From: Bugula neritina
Taxonomy: Eukaryota > Animalia > Bryozoa
Reading direction: 5' to 3'
Assembly: GCA_964035545.1 (NCBI GenBank)
Contig: OZ037765.1
Coordinates: 30,751,504 to 30,815,503 of the forward strand
DNA length: 64,000 bases
Shown here: positions 24,001 to 37,761 of the stretch, one piece after another
Position numbering within the stretch: the stretch's first letter is position 1
Layout of the letters: each line of letters begins with the position of its first letter
Made by a program: the position numbers and the translations under genes
The notes under the pieces: generated by a model
What the model was told of the DNA's origin: nothing
Seen by the model: the letters and a program-made list of their open reading frames with translations, nothing else
Database searches by the model: none

Positions 24001-27000
24001 CAGCAGTGCAAACCTCCGGACCTGATCATCCGAATGTAGCCCATAGCATTTCCTGTAATTAACTAAAGTCCGTGAGCATAGCATTGTGTGAATGATATAT
24101 AATATAGGTACTTGAATATTTATACTCTGAAATAAAATAATTCTTTTAGTAAAAAAATAAAAGCCATCAATCAAAAAGTTGTTGTCTTCAACATTTTTTA
24201 TAAAAGCTAAAAGCATGAGAATTCAGAATAATATCAGTTGACTGGAAAAGCAGGCGAAATTATTTACATTTGCAAAATTTTTAAATGCATGAAAAGTAAA
24301 ACGATAAACCAGTTAAAACAATAAATATTCTACAATTAGTTATATAGTCAAACTAACGAACCATACACAAACAGTACTCTCACCTATTTCAGTGATGAGC
24401 ATTCTAAATCTGTCCAGATAACTGAGTCCGTCTGCACTGACCCCCAACTTCCTGATTCCTTTGTTGAACTTATCAGCTCTGTCATACGGGTACTTCTGGT
24501 CCGTCTCGACGTGATTCTCTCTGAAGAACCGCCAGTCCTGCAACATGTAGTAGTAGAGGTAGTAGCAGTAGCTAGTAGTAGTAGTAGTAGTAGTAGTAGC
24601 AATAGCTAGTAGTAGTAGTAGTAGCAGTAGTAGTATTAGTAGCAGCAGTAGCAGCAGTAGTAGTAGCAGTAGTGGTAGTGGTAGTGGTAGTAGTAGTAGT
24701 AGTATTAGTAGTAGTAGTATAGTTAGTAATAAGAGACTATTACGAGTAGCAAGCCACACCTTGATCAGTTTAGATTTGATGTGTTCATCAAAGAGGAACT
24801 GAGAGAAGATGAAGAACTTCTGCTTCAAGAACTGGAAGGTGAAGTTGACGGTAGTGTTCATTATTCCTGTGCCGTGAGTACGAATAGAGTTGGCAATATG
24901 GCGAATGTTGATTGTGTTCAAATGCTTGTTTTTACTCGTTCTTTCTATAAATATCTGCAATGATAAATTATTTAAAGTCAAACTTTTGAGCCACACAACA
25001 AAAACATAGCATAACTTGGACATTGTATATCACTATTGTATATCACTACACCCGTCTAGGTGAGAAAACTTGAACATAGGGCATTGTGCACTTCAAGTCC
25101 ATACATAAAACTTCACATGTTTAAAATTGAGTTTTTAATAAATAAAAGATGACATGAAAATACTCTTCCCCACAAGTAAACAGAAGCTTGAGTAAAAGTT
25201 TCAGCAACTTCAAAGTTAAAATCTCACCTGGTTGTTAAGATTGTAACTGTACTTGGAGACAAACACTTGAATGTTTCTCATAATCTCAAGTACATCAAGT
25301 CCTTGCTCTAGAGTCTGACTCGGTAGATGCGACTCGGTGAGTTGAAGTCCGTATTTCTGGGTGGCTACGTGTCGCATCTCGCTGTACTTCTTCCAGTCAT
25401 GCAGAGCCACTGTAGTCAGGTTGTAGAAAGTAGTGTCCAAGTACCTCTCCACTGCAGCTGTACAATACAGAAGAGATCAATGCATAATGTCTGAGTCAGT
25501 CAGTAGATGTATATTGTGTGCTCACTCTTTCAACCTATTGAGCTATTGTAGGTTCGTTCACAGTGACTCCACATATGTTTATAAAGTGTACTCGCTACCT
25601 GTACAATCATTTTAGTAAATAATTTTAAAAAATTATAAATAATTTCTTAAAAAAGAGAAAACATTCCAAACTGCTTCATGTAACAACTAACTCAGTTATT
25701 TCAGAAATCAAAAGAGGTTTGAATCAAGATATAAAGCATTGAGCGGGTAAATGCAGAGCTTGGAAAATAGAAGTATGGAGTCTAACAAGTTAAGACTTTT
25801 ATTTTAACAAATCACAATTTTTTCATCACTTCTTTTTCAACTAAACTATTAAAAATATACATATTTAGTCTGTGTGCCTCTTCTGCAGTCTACGAAATAA
25901 ATGTTTAGACAAATCTTGCACAGTGTTTGCTGCTATCAAAATGGTTCTAAATAGAGTCAGCAAACACAAGAGTCAGTAAACACAACCTACCATATCCACG
26001 AGAATAAGGAGGATACAGAATACAACAAACCTTTGATGTCTAGAAACCGGCCATAGAACTTGATAGGTTTGATCTTGAGAAAGACGGTGAGGTCTTTGAG
26101 ACCGACGCTGAAAGGGTTTCTGTTATCCAGCTGATACTCATGGTGGTGTATGTCCAGCCTGAGCTCAGTTTCTATAGCAGTACACAGCGGCTCTACTAAA
26201 CTCTGCAATACAACAATCAGACACTTGAACACAGAAGAGTGGTGCCAAGGCTATGTAAACACAGAGCGGTAGTGATTAGCATGCTCTACTTTATACATCG
26301 TGTGTACCTTTCAGATACTTTTGCATTGGGAAGGATTCACAATCGTTCAAGCCTTCTAACTTCACACTCATGATTAATATCTACAGAGGTCACCTGTCTA
26401 CAGAGGTCACCTGTCTACAGAGGTCACCTGTCTACAGAGGTCACCTGTCTATAAAGGTCACCTGTCTATAGAGGTCACCTGTCTATAAAGGTCACCTGTC
26501 TACAGAGGTCACCTGTCTACAGAGGTCACCTGTCTATAAAGGTCACCTGTCTAGCAAAGCCTACCTGGTGAAAGTCAGCACAGATCTCTTCATTGAACTT
26601 ATCTAAGAGCTCAGTGTGGTCATCTACATGTCTAGTGGACATCAGTGGCAAGAAGCAGTCTTGAAGGGCTGAGAACATGTACTGTAAGAGACAGGGCAAT
26701 AGATTAAATATTAAATATTAAATACATTGTAGTAATATCCATATAATAATAATATGGTTGGTAGTGTAACCATTATTTAAAGACAACACACAAAAATAAG
26801 TTATTATTTAGATATTAAATACAGAAGAAAAGTTGTTATATATAATAAGTTATGATTAATTCAATAAAACAGAATAAGATAAAGTTTAAAACATAAATAT
26901 AAGTTTTGATGCATAAAATAATATAGCAACACACTGCATACATACATGTTTCTAAGCAGTGTGACAAGTAAATAAAAAGTCCAAAACATAATATGTTACA

Positions 27001-30000
27001 CTATTTATACTAATGTGAACTATAACTACGTGTACAGGACAGAGCTGACATAGGTGGGATAGCTGTGACAGGTGAGAGAGGTGGGATAGGGAAGAGGTGG
27101 GATAGGTGAGACAGGCGGGATAGGTGAAACAGGTGGGATAGGTGAGATAGATAAAGTTGAACTGCCAGTTAACATGACATACCTTAATCTTGTAAACATC
27201 CACGGCATTCTCAAACAGGTTAGCCACATACGTTGGGAAGATAACTCTATGCCAGTACAAGAAGCTCGTGTCACATGCACTGCGCAGCCTAAGATATCAA
27301 ATATAATCAATACAGTCACTACACGGCATAATGCTGAGCCAATATATTTGGCCTAGGATACACAATTGTATTAATAATATTTTAAAAAATTGATATTGTC
27401 AATTATTTATATTATTTTCAACACATCAGTGGTGAACGGCCATAGAAATTGATAATTTTAACCTTGAGAGATAAAATACCGTTCCTGCAGAAATATGTAT
27501 CATTCTACAGAATTAATGTTTGCCTTTTAAGTAGCACAACCAAATAGTGCTAAAAATAGCATGAGCTAAAACTTAACTCAAATGAGTAACTTTTTCATTT
27601 GTATTAAATAACACGCCGCATGTGTTTCATCAACCATTTGGAATAGCTTCACTAATAGTAGAAAAGATGTCATCTTAGCTCATTATTCAAATGTAGATAT
27701 CAACTTTGCAAAAATAAATATCATTTCAGCTCATCTGCGTTTTCATTAACCAGAAAGATTGACACCAACATTTCACTCTATAGTGAAATAAAGTACACCT
27801 GCCTCTACTGAGAAGTTTGGGAGTTATTCTATAAAATAACATGACTTTTAGCAACCGTATGTTTTCAGTCAGTTTTAGTCTAAGGTGTACTGTAACGGCT
27901 GCAAACTACTTGGGAAATACTTACACTTCCTGTAGACAGGATATGTCAGACAGTCTTTTCAAGATGGCCGACAACTGGGAAAGTTCATCTTCTTTGAATG
28001 ATCTCTAAAACATACATAGACTGTAGACATACTTGTGCAGATACAATAACTGTAGACATACTTGTGCAGATACAAATAGTGTAGACATACTTGTGCAGAT
28101 ACAAATACTGTAGACATACTTGTGCAGATACAAATACTGTAGACATACTTGTGCAGATACAAATACTGTAGACATACTTGTGCAGATACAAATACTGTAG
28201 ACATACTTGTGCAGATACAAATACTGCAGACATACTTGTGCAGATACAAATAGTGTAGACATACTTGTGCAGATACAAATACTGTAGACATACTTGTGCA
28301 GATACAAATACTGTAGACATACAATATATGCAGTGAGGCACATAGGCCCATACAATGCAGCTTAGCACACAATACAGGGCATATTAAAGGTACGTTGCGA
28401 TATGGTTACCCTGAGAAAAGTCACTGGCTCAAGTACTTCAGATATTTATATAAACTGATACAGTTTATAAGAAACCCGACTTATTTCCCTAGCATATGAG
28501 CTTTCAACATTTTACTTGTTATCAACACAAGATACATTAGAGGCTCAAAAAAGATAACCCAGATCATCTCAACTTGAGACAAATAATTTGCATTATACCC
28601 GATTCGCCATTTCCAAGACCTAAAACTAACCATTCGTGTTGCCATGCAGAGAGCCAAGTCTATGATCAGCTTCCTCTCCTTGGTGTTTGGTCCGTTCAAC
28701 GCTGTCTCAGCCAACACAATGGCCGACAGCACGTCTAGACGCTTGTCTGAGTACCTCTTGTCAGACACGATGCGTTTCTAAAACATAGACCCCAGCTCTT
28801 AGCATAGACACCAGCTCTTAGCATAGACACCAGCTCTTGGCATAGACCCCAGTTCTTAGCTCCATATAAAACTCATACAAATTTATAGTCACTATTCTTG
28901 TAAGAAACCCTGATGGAAGGGAGTTTTTAAATCGGGCTAAGTACTTATTCATATGTGATACAAGAGCAATTATGACTGGACGCTCTTCTTAGTATCACCA
29001 ATAACTTTTACTGGGGTTCAAACCCATGACCTTGGGTTTACTAGGTCATCGCTCAAACCCCTAGACCACGCTACTCCGTTTAACTCCACATGATCATTAG
29101 GTAGCTGTTGGTAAAGCTGCATCACTGTACACTTGCAGTCAACAGAGTAGAGTATTGTTATAACAATACTAAATACTTAGACTTAGGTCTTACTTTAGCA
29201 GCTCCCAGGCTAACGAGAGCTAAGAAGCTAAGTCTCTGTGCTATATGGTTGACAGACTGAGCTATAAGCATAGTCCGTCTGTGGAACGTCATTTGGACAG
29301 CCTGAAAGTAACACATAATAAAGTTAGGATAGAGTCTACGATATGACATGTCGAACACTGAAAGTTCTAAGGAATACAGAATGTATTTTAAACAAATTCA
29401 TAAACCTCAACATTAGCACAAATCATAATAGCCCAAGTTACTCAGAACTGATGAAGTAAAGCAATTGAGTTACACTTGAAGTGATATCACTTCTGGTTAA
29501 ATTTACTTTGCTGACTCTAAACATACTCACATTTTATTACTTGAAGAAACAAGTTTTCCTTATTCAGCATTATCATCAGTTAACAAAATATACTCTCTGA
29601 GTATACTATGAACTGCAGTTACTACAGACTAGCTAGTAGTATGAATTCATACTAATAGCTATTTATCAGAATAAATCGTGAATGGTGAACCATTTCTCTG
29701 AGCAGCAAACTTCATAATACTGATAACTTGTAGAATATACTTTAGAGTAAGATTCACCTTAAGTAGCTCAATCAGCCCACAAAGTTGTATCACCAGAGAC
29801 TTGGTCATGGCCCTGCTCTCATACACGTGCATGTTCATTATAGAGGTAACCATGTGGTTGATAGATCTGGCAATAAACAGTCCCTGTAACACGTATTCAT
29901 AGTGATTGAATTCACACAACTCAATCGGCATGCTATAACAGGTAGGTGAAAGAGTTGACATGTCATAACAGGTAGGTGAAAGAGTTGCATGTCATAGCAT

Positions 30001-33000
30001 GTAGTTGAAAGTATGTCACCTGTCGAAAGAGGAGACAGCGTTTATCAAGATTTTCTAAGACTGTTCCAGAGCTCTGAAAGTGAGACTCCATTTGAATCAT
30101 CCAGACATTAGCTCTGGCCTTCATCGTCTGAGCATCCCTGCACACATTAATATACTACTATGACACTTTTATATACACAATTAATTACCAGACAGAAAAT
30201 ATTCAGAAATAAGACCAACTTTCACTATAAAATGTACATATATTTGAAATCAAATCCAAAGTTCTATAAACATTGCCCATGAGTAGCATTCTTGGAAGTC
30301 TGTTACAGTCTGTTACAGATATCAGTGAACTATACACACTGAGAATTAGAATTGTCTTCTCGACGCAAGATTCATAATTACCTGAGCAGGTTGACAGTCC
30401 TGGTGTTGAGCCACTGAGTCTTTGCACTGGAGACTATGAGTTTAGCCTTCCTGTCCAACGTGTTCATCATTTTAGGTAGCATCTTAGCCAGGAAGTGGTT
30501 AGGAAACCACATGACATTTCCTGTCAGCTGAATGCCAGGCACCTGTGACACAGAAAGTTCCAGAAGTATTGTCAGGTGACTGAATTCACAGCGAGCTGGG
30601 ACTGGCCATCAAAACTGTTCCTTAGCATCATTTTATTCAAATCAAACTGCATCTATTATTTATCACAGACTATAGCTAAAATAAAATACATAGAGCATAG
30701 AGTTTCAATTAGCACAGTTAGAGTTTACCCTTCTAAACGAGTCCCAGAACTGTCTAAACAGCTTCTTGTCAGAAGTCTGGTAAATTTTGATGTACAGCAC
30801 ATACAGTCCACACAGTCCGACAAACTTGAACCTCTGATCGGTTTCTGTAGGCTCCCCTAAACACGGCACACATGTAGTATATCACTATGAGGACATGCCC
30901 TCCTATTAGGCTGATACCCAGGTCTTGTGGTTTGTGTTAAAAACTTGTGCACTGGTTTTATGAATGAGTATTAGAATATATAATATTAGTATTAGAGCAT
31001 ATAGTATTAGAGCATATAGTATTACAATACAGAACTAGTAACCCAGTAAATGTAAACAAGTAAAGAAAAAAAGGAACAAGCTCCAATTTAACAAAATATA
31101 AATTATCTATAAAAACACAAAACTTGATAACCTAATTGTCCCAGGCTTATTATCAAACTTACCAATCATGGGTTCAGTAAAACTGAAGAGAGTTTTGATA
31201 ACGTGCGCCATTTCCTCTGCTAGCGTGCTGTTCTTGCTGACGTGTGCACCTCTGCTCATGTCATCAAATCTTCCATCAACACAATTCTAAAAAATGGAAC
31301 TAACAATTATAGCCTTAGAGAGTGGAACACTCTTCACTATCAGATGTTGGATTATCTTGCAACCAACCATCAAGGTTGTATGTAAGCAGAGTTCTAATGC
31401 TACTATTCCAATGTGATACAAGCTTTCATAAAGATCAATTTACTTATTGGGATTGCCTTCTTTTCATGAGAAATTTTCTAACTAAAGTGTAATCAAAAGT
31501 ACTTTTCTTTCTGCTACAACAACTACATGAACAAATTTCAAATATCTTCATATATACGGTTTGTTTCATCGAGCTTATCGGTACAATTTTCATCCCTATC
31601 TAAGAGCTACTATGGTGACTCACCGAGAAGATGTTGCCTTCAAACAAGGCCATCTCTAGCTGTAATATAAGTCTTTCAAATGGCTTCAGACTTTCTTCAG
31701 TGAAACCAAACTTAGTTGGATTATGATGAACAGACTTCAGCATTCTAACAAACGAGACAAAGTTTCAAACCAACCGCAGTACTATGACCTTCATATTTCA
31801 TATTTAACTAATAAATATCTATGTCGGTTCACAAAATATCTTTGGCAAAATATAAAAAATGTCTTAACACGCTGCTAACATTAATGTATTGCAAAAACAT
31901 ATGCTTTTTTAATGCTGAAATAGTAAAGCCAGAGTAGAGAATGTTGAAAACACAACAAGCCCTTCTGGTGAAGATGCACACCTTTTGTACAGAGTCCAGT
32001 GCTCCTTGAGGATAGTGTGCCCGCCTATCACCTCGTCCAGTGTGATGAGAATCTTCAACAACTCAGCTAAATGCTCAAACATCGGCAGGAAGTGAACTTG
32101 AGTCACGTCCAGCATAGAAGAAGAGTTTCTTGAAACAAAGAGAAACAAATTTTATTACATAAATTTTATATAAAAAATATATAAATAAAATACATATATA
32201 AAAGTATAAAATATATAAATAAAAATATAAAAATAGAAACATATCAATAAAAATATAAAACATAAAAATAAAAATATATAAAAACAAAAATACATAAATA
32301 AAAATATAAACCATGTGGGAATGAGTGAGTGTTAGCAACAGATAACCAACACTGAAATATGAGGTCAACGAATTCAAAACCATCCATCATTACTCAAGAA
32401 AAGTTTTGTAATTCAAAATGGAAGCTGTGCAAATCTCATGTCATTTCTTGTAACAAATTAGCATATAATAGAAGCAAAGAAAATTCATACATTAATAAAT
32501 TCAGAATATTTTTATCAAAATAAAATATTTTGCAGCTTCACAAGTGAAAAATTCCATAAATTATTTAATATAAACTTAAGACATACTTAACACCACAGTG
32601 GAGGGCAGATAACTGCTGAACAGTGTTCTTAGCCACATCATAGCATCTGGTCACAAAGCAATATAACTCCTGCAGGGTGGATATCATACGCCCCATTAAT
32701 ATCTGAGCATCTCCATCAGAGTCACTGCCTGCTTTAACTGCAATGAAAATATCACACTATCACTGTCCACAAAGTTTGTAGTAAGATTTGTATAATGACA
32801 GTATTGTATAGCCTATGTTCTCTAACAAACCTCCTTCCCCGTAGAACAGAACTGCCGGATAGAACTTGGTCTCGGCTTCATGTTTCAGTGTATTAATTTC
32901 ACAGCATAAAGCAGACAATACTGTGATAACTTTATTAAAGACCTTGTTGTCTGTACAAATGAGAGAAAGTAGAGAAGTCTGCTCGTATGGAATACACTGT

Positions 33001-34455
33001 AAAGAAAATAAAAAATATTTAAATATTATTGAAACAATAATTCAAAATATCTGTATAATAGTCCAACAAAACGAATGCATACTGTTCAACGTATCTTGTG
33101 CAAGACAACAAAAAAGCTGCAATGTCAATTTATTTAATATATGCCTTTTATTCACAGTTGAAACAACAATTTCAGTATCAAATGGTAAAACCAAACTTTT
33201 AACTTTAATTTATTTTTTAAAACTAAATTATATTTTAAACATTCGGTTTTCAAATAGTATTCATAAGTACAAAAGCTAATATTTAAAACTGTTGAAAAAA
33301 CAAGTTGAAACACTTGTAGTGTTGCTTTGAGTTATTGCAGCTTTGATATACCTGCATATTTCATAGACATGGCTACCAGCTAAATGCACTGCTAACATGT
33401 AAAAACTGTAAAGCAAATACATAGACAAAAAAACCAATAAAGAATAGTTTACATAAAGATTTTTCATTTCTTATGTCATAAAAATACACATTCAATTTTG
33501 CAATGCAATATAATACAAGTATATAATAATAATAATAATATATCACAAGTAATTGTAACTGCTACTAGGTTTTGAGTCTAACTCTTTACCTGAAGAGCAA
33601 TGGGATCCAGAGTGAAATCCCATGTTTCAGCAACTCTATCATCTAATGCATCTTCAATATCTCGCAGTTGAGAGGCATACTCTTCCATAAAACTGCCATA
33701 ATTCCTTAACTGTGCTTCAGCAACAATCCCTATATAATCAGCACTATGTATTGTAAAAAATCAGATGTTACAATATTTTTTTTCAATAAAAGTCCAAGTT
33801 AAAAGTAAATTTAAAAACAACCATAGTTTAGGCTTTGGTAAACAAATTTTTAAATAAACAATACAAAAGCCACTGGCTAAACTGTGAACAGCAGAAATTT
33901 TCAAGTCTAACAGCAATATGAATGAAATTTAAATCAAATCACTATTAGGTTGACAGTGCTAGTTACTCATACTGATAATTTTAGATCAAGTGAAAAATAA
34001 ACATTCAACAAGTTCCTTAGCACTGTGACTATTAACTTTAAGCTTTTAATAGCTATTTTAAATTATCTTCAGTTAACTTTTGTTTTAGTATGACATTGAC
34101 TATAAGTATCAGCATAAGCATCATAATAGATCATTCATAATGATAATTATTAATATTAACTAACAATTAGTATCACTGTCAATCTCATTTTTAGAAATGA
34201 TATTCATTTTGATTTATTCAGTTTCAATTTGAATTTTACACAACCATTAATTTTACACTATTTGTTGAAGTAAAAAGTTTATTAGTTGTAATAAAAACTT
34301 GGGGTAATATTGAACGCTAAAAATCATAATGATAAACCCAAGAACTCGATAAACTGCGCCCTAACACTAACAGAATGAGTAACTCAGTGTTACTTACGTA
34401 ATGAATCGTCGTCAAACTGTCCAAATTCCTGATCTAAAACTGTACTACGACTCAT
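21029..34455 (-). CDS. WASHC4: WASH complex subunit 4 (SWIP/KIAA1033), 1200 aa, 28 coding exons
   Basis: Exons 34455-34398, 33729-33590, 32996-32831, 32737-32587, 32128-31982, 31744-31624, 31286-31163, 30856-30729, 30542-30382, 30137-30020, 29883-29758, 29301-29194, 28777-28631, 28004-27925, 27288-27183, 26681-26565, 26202-26031, 25457-25228, 24954-24760, 24537-24384, 24052-23899, 23641-23578, 23461-23378, 23280-23184, 22504-22410, 22219-22124, 21841-21694, 21144-21029 (3603 nt, phases close). Motifs: [114 protein letters not shown]. Confidence 0.97.
22930..23190 (-). repeat. 32/35-bp minisatellite made of 8 copies of the WASHC4 exon 24 splice donor
   Basis: TAGTACTGTAACTCACCCATAG starts at 22932, 22967, 23002, 23034, 23069, 23101, 23136 and 23168. 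The minus strand reads CTATGG|GTGAGTTACAGTACTA. Confidence 0.95.
24545..24730. repeat. (AGT/AGC)n trinucleotide repeat filling a 222-nt WASHC4 intron
   Basis: gtagtagtagtag... between the donor at 24759 and the acceptor at 24538. Confidence 0.9.
26381..26553. repeat. 17-bp minisatellite, ~10 copies, next to a donor
   Basis: Unit CTACAGAGGTCACCTGT, ending ~12 nt from the exon end at 26565. Confidence 0.95.
28021..28321. repeat. 29-bp minisatellite, ~10 copies, next to an acceptor
   Basis: Unit CTGTAGACATACTTGTGCAGATACAAATA, starting 16 nt from the exon start at 28004. Confidence 0.95.
28784..28860. repeat. 19-bp minisatellite, 4 copies, abutting an acceptor
   Basis: Unit CATAGACACCAGCTCTTAG, directly beside the exon start at 28777. 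Confidence 0.9.
29008..29080 (-). mobile_element. Degenerate tRNA-like or SINE head
   Basis: The minus strand has an A-box-like TGGTCTAGGGG and a B-box-like GGTTTGAACCC at tRNA spacing, but no clean cloverleaf. Confidence 0.45.
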
Positions 34456-34599
34456 AGTAATAATTAAGTGTTTACCATAGCACTAATTGTTGAAACTACC
34501 ACGCATTAAAGTCATCAATAATCGGTTGAAAGAAATTATTATCACACTAAAATATAAGTAATGTTGTTAATAATTAATCACTTGAAGTTGATGTGGTTG

Positions 34600-34800
34600 G
34601 AACAAGTCTTCACTGTAAAATTAGGGAAATCTTCTTACGGAAACGGGAGGTTTGTTAGTACCGAGTCAAGCTAATAACTTTTTTCCGCAAGCACTGGTGG
34701 GTGAACTTTAACCCTTTGGGTGCACATGACCAGTGTGATACATTTTACCATTTTTCACATGACAGTGGAGTTGTCCTACTCACGATGTCACTGTGAACAT
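34600..34800. promoter_or_regulatory. Probable WASHC4 promoter
   Basis: GC/CpG-richer block 150-350 bp upstream of the ATG, with ACGGAAA (ETS-like) and two CACATGAC boxes (34723-34730, 34756-34763). Confidence 0.5.
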
Positions 34801-36029
34801 AATATTATATAATTAGGCTGGTAATAATTAAAATTTTGTTATAATCTATAATGCTATAATAGATTATAACAAAATCTTCATTTGATCACTATGCATGTAG
34901 TTTGTAGATACTTGTGAATTACTTTTTTATAATTTTGTGAATATTCATTCTGTAAAGTGTAAATAGTGTAAATTCAGTGGTAAATAGTAAATGGAATAAT
35001 GCTTATAATAAAAATAAATACAATTATAGCATCATGTAGAAAAGATAACTCCCTATACGGTAGTATCAGTGAAGTGATAAAATTGAGATTCGTCTCTGTC
35101 TCTATGTAGGACTTACAATATTATTAGAATTAATGTCCTTTTAGCAACTATATAGAAATTTATAGCAACTAAAAAGTATTTAATTGGTCTGTAGATTTCA
35201 GCTCAGTGTATCATTAATAGTAACACCTGATGCACATTGACCTATTATGGCCATTATTTTGTAGAGTTGCCACAAATTATTAACAAAAATAAGTACAACT
35301 ATGGGCACATGGATACTTGAGGTATGTCTAACACAAAGTGCCCTCTAACCATGAATATGTTGAAGCTATATGAATTTGTAGTAAAATGATCTGAAACTGT
35401 ATTACAAGGTGTATATAGCCTGTGGCCATTGCACTAGCTTGTAGTTGAGTCTTAAATATAACAAACTCTTAAATTTGATTTAGTCACAGTGAATAGGTTA
35501 TCAGCAGGCTATGCCTACATTTTACTTCTGAACACAAGTTGGGAAATCATTTGATGAGCTGAAGGAAGAAAACTAGTAGAATTTTCATGATGTTTTAAAA
35601 AATCAGCCTAGAGAAGGGATATACACTAAAAGTATTTTGAATAGCATTAGTTCTAACAGATCATAATATAATTATATTTATCATTAAACGACGCCAAACC
35701 ATAAGTTAGAAATCGAAGCTAAGGGAAATCTGCATACTTAGCAGCATAGCATATAGAGCTGTGGAAAGCTGACGTAAAAGACTGTTATTGGCACTAAAAG
35801 ACCAATAATCTACCTATAAAGCAGTTAGTGGAACTTTTTACTGTGTAAATGAATTTTGCATCACACCTAGGTGTGTTCTTTTTTATCCTTTTTCAATATA
35901 CTATTTCAAAATACTTCAAAGGTATTGCATCATAACTACCCACTCTCTCCATAGCACGAGGACATGTTATTGCAAGTCTATATAGTTGATTGCACAGTCT
36001 ATTTCACACTTGACCTAGCATCTACTTCC

Positions 36030-36235
36030 TTATAAAATATAAAAAGTGATGGTCACGTGATAGTCTATTGTAAGTTATGCTGGTCACGTGGGGTGTTGTT
36101 ATTGTTCATAATGTTTAAGTAGTGGATGAATAGAGTAGCTGTGTTGAGCTGTACTATAATACACAATTTAACGGATAGTTATCACGTTATCACGACAATT
36201 ACCTCTTTCACCCCTCATGGATTAACAAGGTAAAT
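36030..36235 (+). promoter_or_regulatory. Probable promoter and non-coding first exon of the ZnF-SH2-like gene
   Basis: GGTCACGTG twice (36051, 36082), TATAAAA at ~36031, and an AAG|GTAAAT donor at ~36230 that could join the acceptor at 37742. Confidence 0.45.
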
Positions 36236-37761
36236 TAAGTTTATTTAAATCTGTAAAGCAATGTATTACTTCATCCACCTTGGTTTAGCAGTTTTTCATT
36301 AGTTCTGTGGAATAGAATTACCAGAAAAGCTCATGCATTATTTTCTAATTATGCAAATGATAGTTCCTATATAACAGAATTATTACTACAAAAGAAACTT
36401 GCTTACAAACACATTATGTAGGGCTGGTTATGTTTTAGTTTCAATTTTTTGCAATAATTTGTCACATCATTGTTTTTGGTTACCTGTCACCTCTATTCTT
36501 GGCAACTAAGACATTGTTTGCAAGTAGATAATTGTCACATAATTATATGCAGCTGGGTGTTACTTTACTTTTTATATTAGATTAATATCTCTTTGCTCAG
36601 AGTTCAGGTTGAATCTGCAGATGTTGAAAATCATAACTGGTGTTAGATATTGGGTCACTTTCTAAAATCTCTAAGCATACAAACCTCTCCCGTTTGGGCA
36701 GAAAACAAGCTTGAGGAAAAATATTTGCAAATAGCAGCATTTGTATTAAATTAAGATAAAAGAGTTACAATTTGCAACTCTCGTGGTATAAACTATAAAG
36801 CACACATTAAGTATTATTACTATATAATAGCTCAAGAAGCTTACTGCAGAAAGCTATTTAGAGCTAAAATACCACATTTGTACCTTTTCTAAGAACTTGT
36901 GGAGTTTCAGTTTATTCAACTCGGCTGAGCGTTCATTTACAGCTTTTATGTGTTGATTTGAAAGGATTACACGAATCAATCAGTTTAACTAGTTTGGGCT
37001 ATTTATGTAAAATTTAATTTAAATATGCATTTTATAGCTTTTACTTAGAAAGTTTCTTTAATTCACTTCCACTTCAGCTTAGCATGACTGGCAGCCTCAG
37101 GCTCTCCGAGGATCAATAATTTCACTAATGGACTTGTTAGCATTGGAGCATTGCTGGACTTTAGAATAGAAGAGGGGTTTTGTGTCTACAGCCTTTATAT
37201 TTTATAGTAGCTTAACAAAACTATGCTTCATAGTTTCTTGACTTGAATTGAGCAACATAGAATAAGTTTACATTGCTGAAAATAGCTATAAAAACTGGCT
37301 GCAAATTTGACTTGTAAGTAACTTGTAGTTATATGACACGGCTGCAGTTTGTAGAACTACGTAATAATGGCTTCTTGTATCAGGGTATCAGTAAAGCTGA
37401 ACACAAAAAGTTATAATGATGAATGTTAGGCAAATAAATCCTTTTGAAAAAGGTTTTCAATACTTGACTTTAATTGATTTTAATATGTGCATACTGCATA
37501 CTATGAGTAAGCTCACACATCAAAAGCACCAACAATATTATTATATGCAATTAGTTCAATCAAGAGTAAAAAGGTAGCTGACAAACAATTATCAACAGAT
37601 AATAATACCCTTGATTAGAAAGTAATAGTTTCTTCATATATAGCCGAAGTAGGATGGATTTATTCACCTCTTATCAAGGAATATAAGTCACCAAGTGCTA
37701 TGAGTAGTTACTCATTTCGTGCCTATTGAATATGATTACAGGTATAATTTACACTGGAAAG

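Noticed and set aside
27959-28372. Three overlapping repetitive ORFs
   Set aside because: All three frames of the 29-bp minisatellite; only 28004-27925 is a real exon.
32160-32310. Near-pure A/T tract and a Phe/Ile/Tyr-rich ORF
   Set aside because: Low-complexity intronic DNA upstream of an acceptor.
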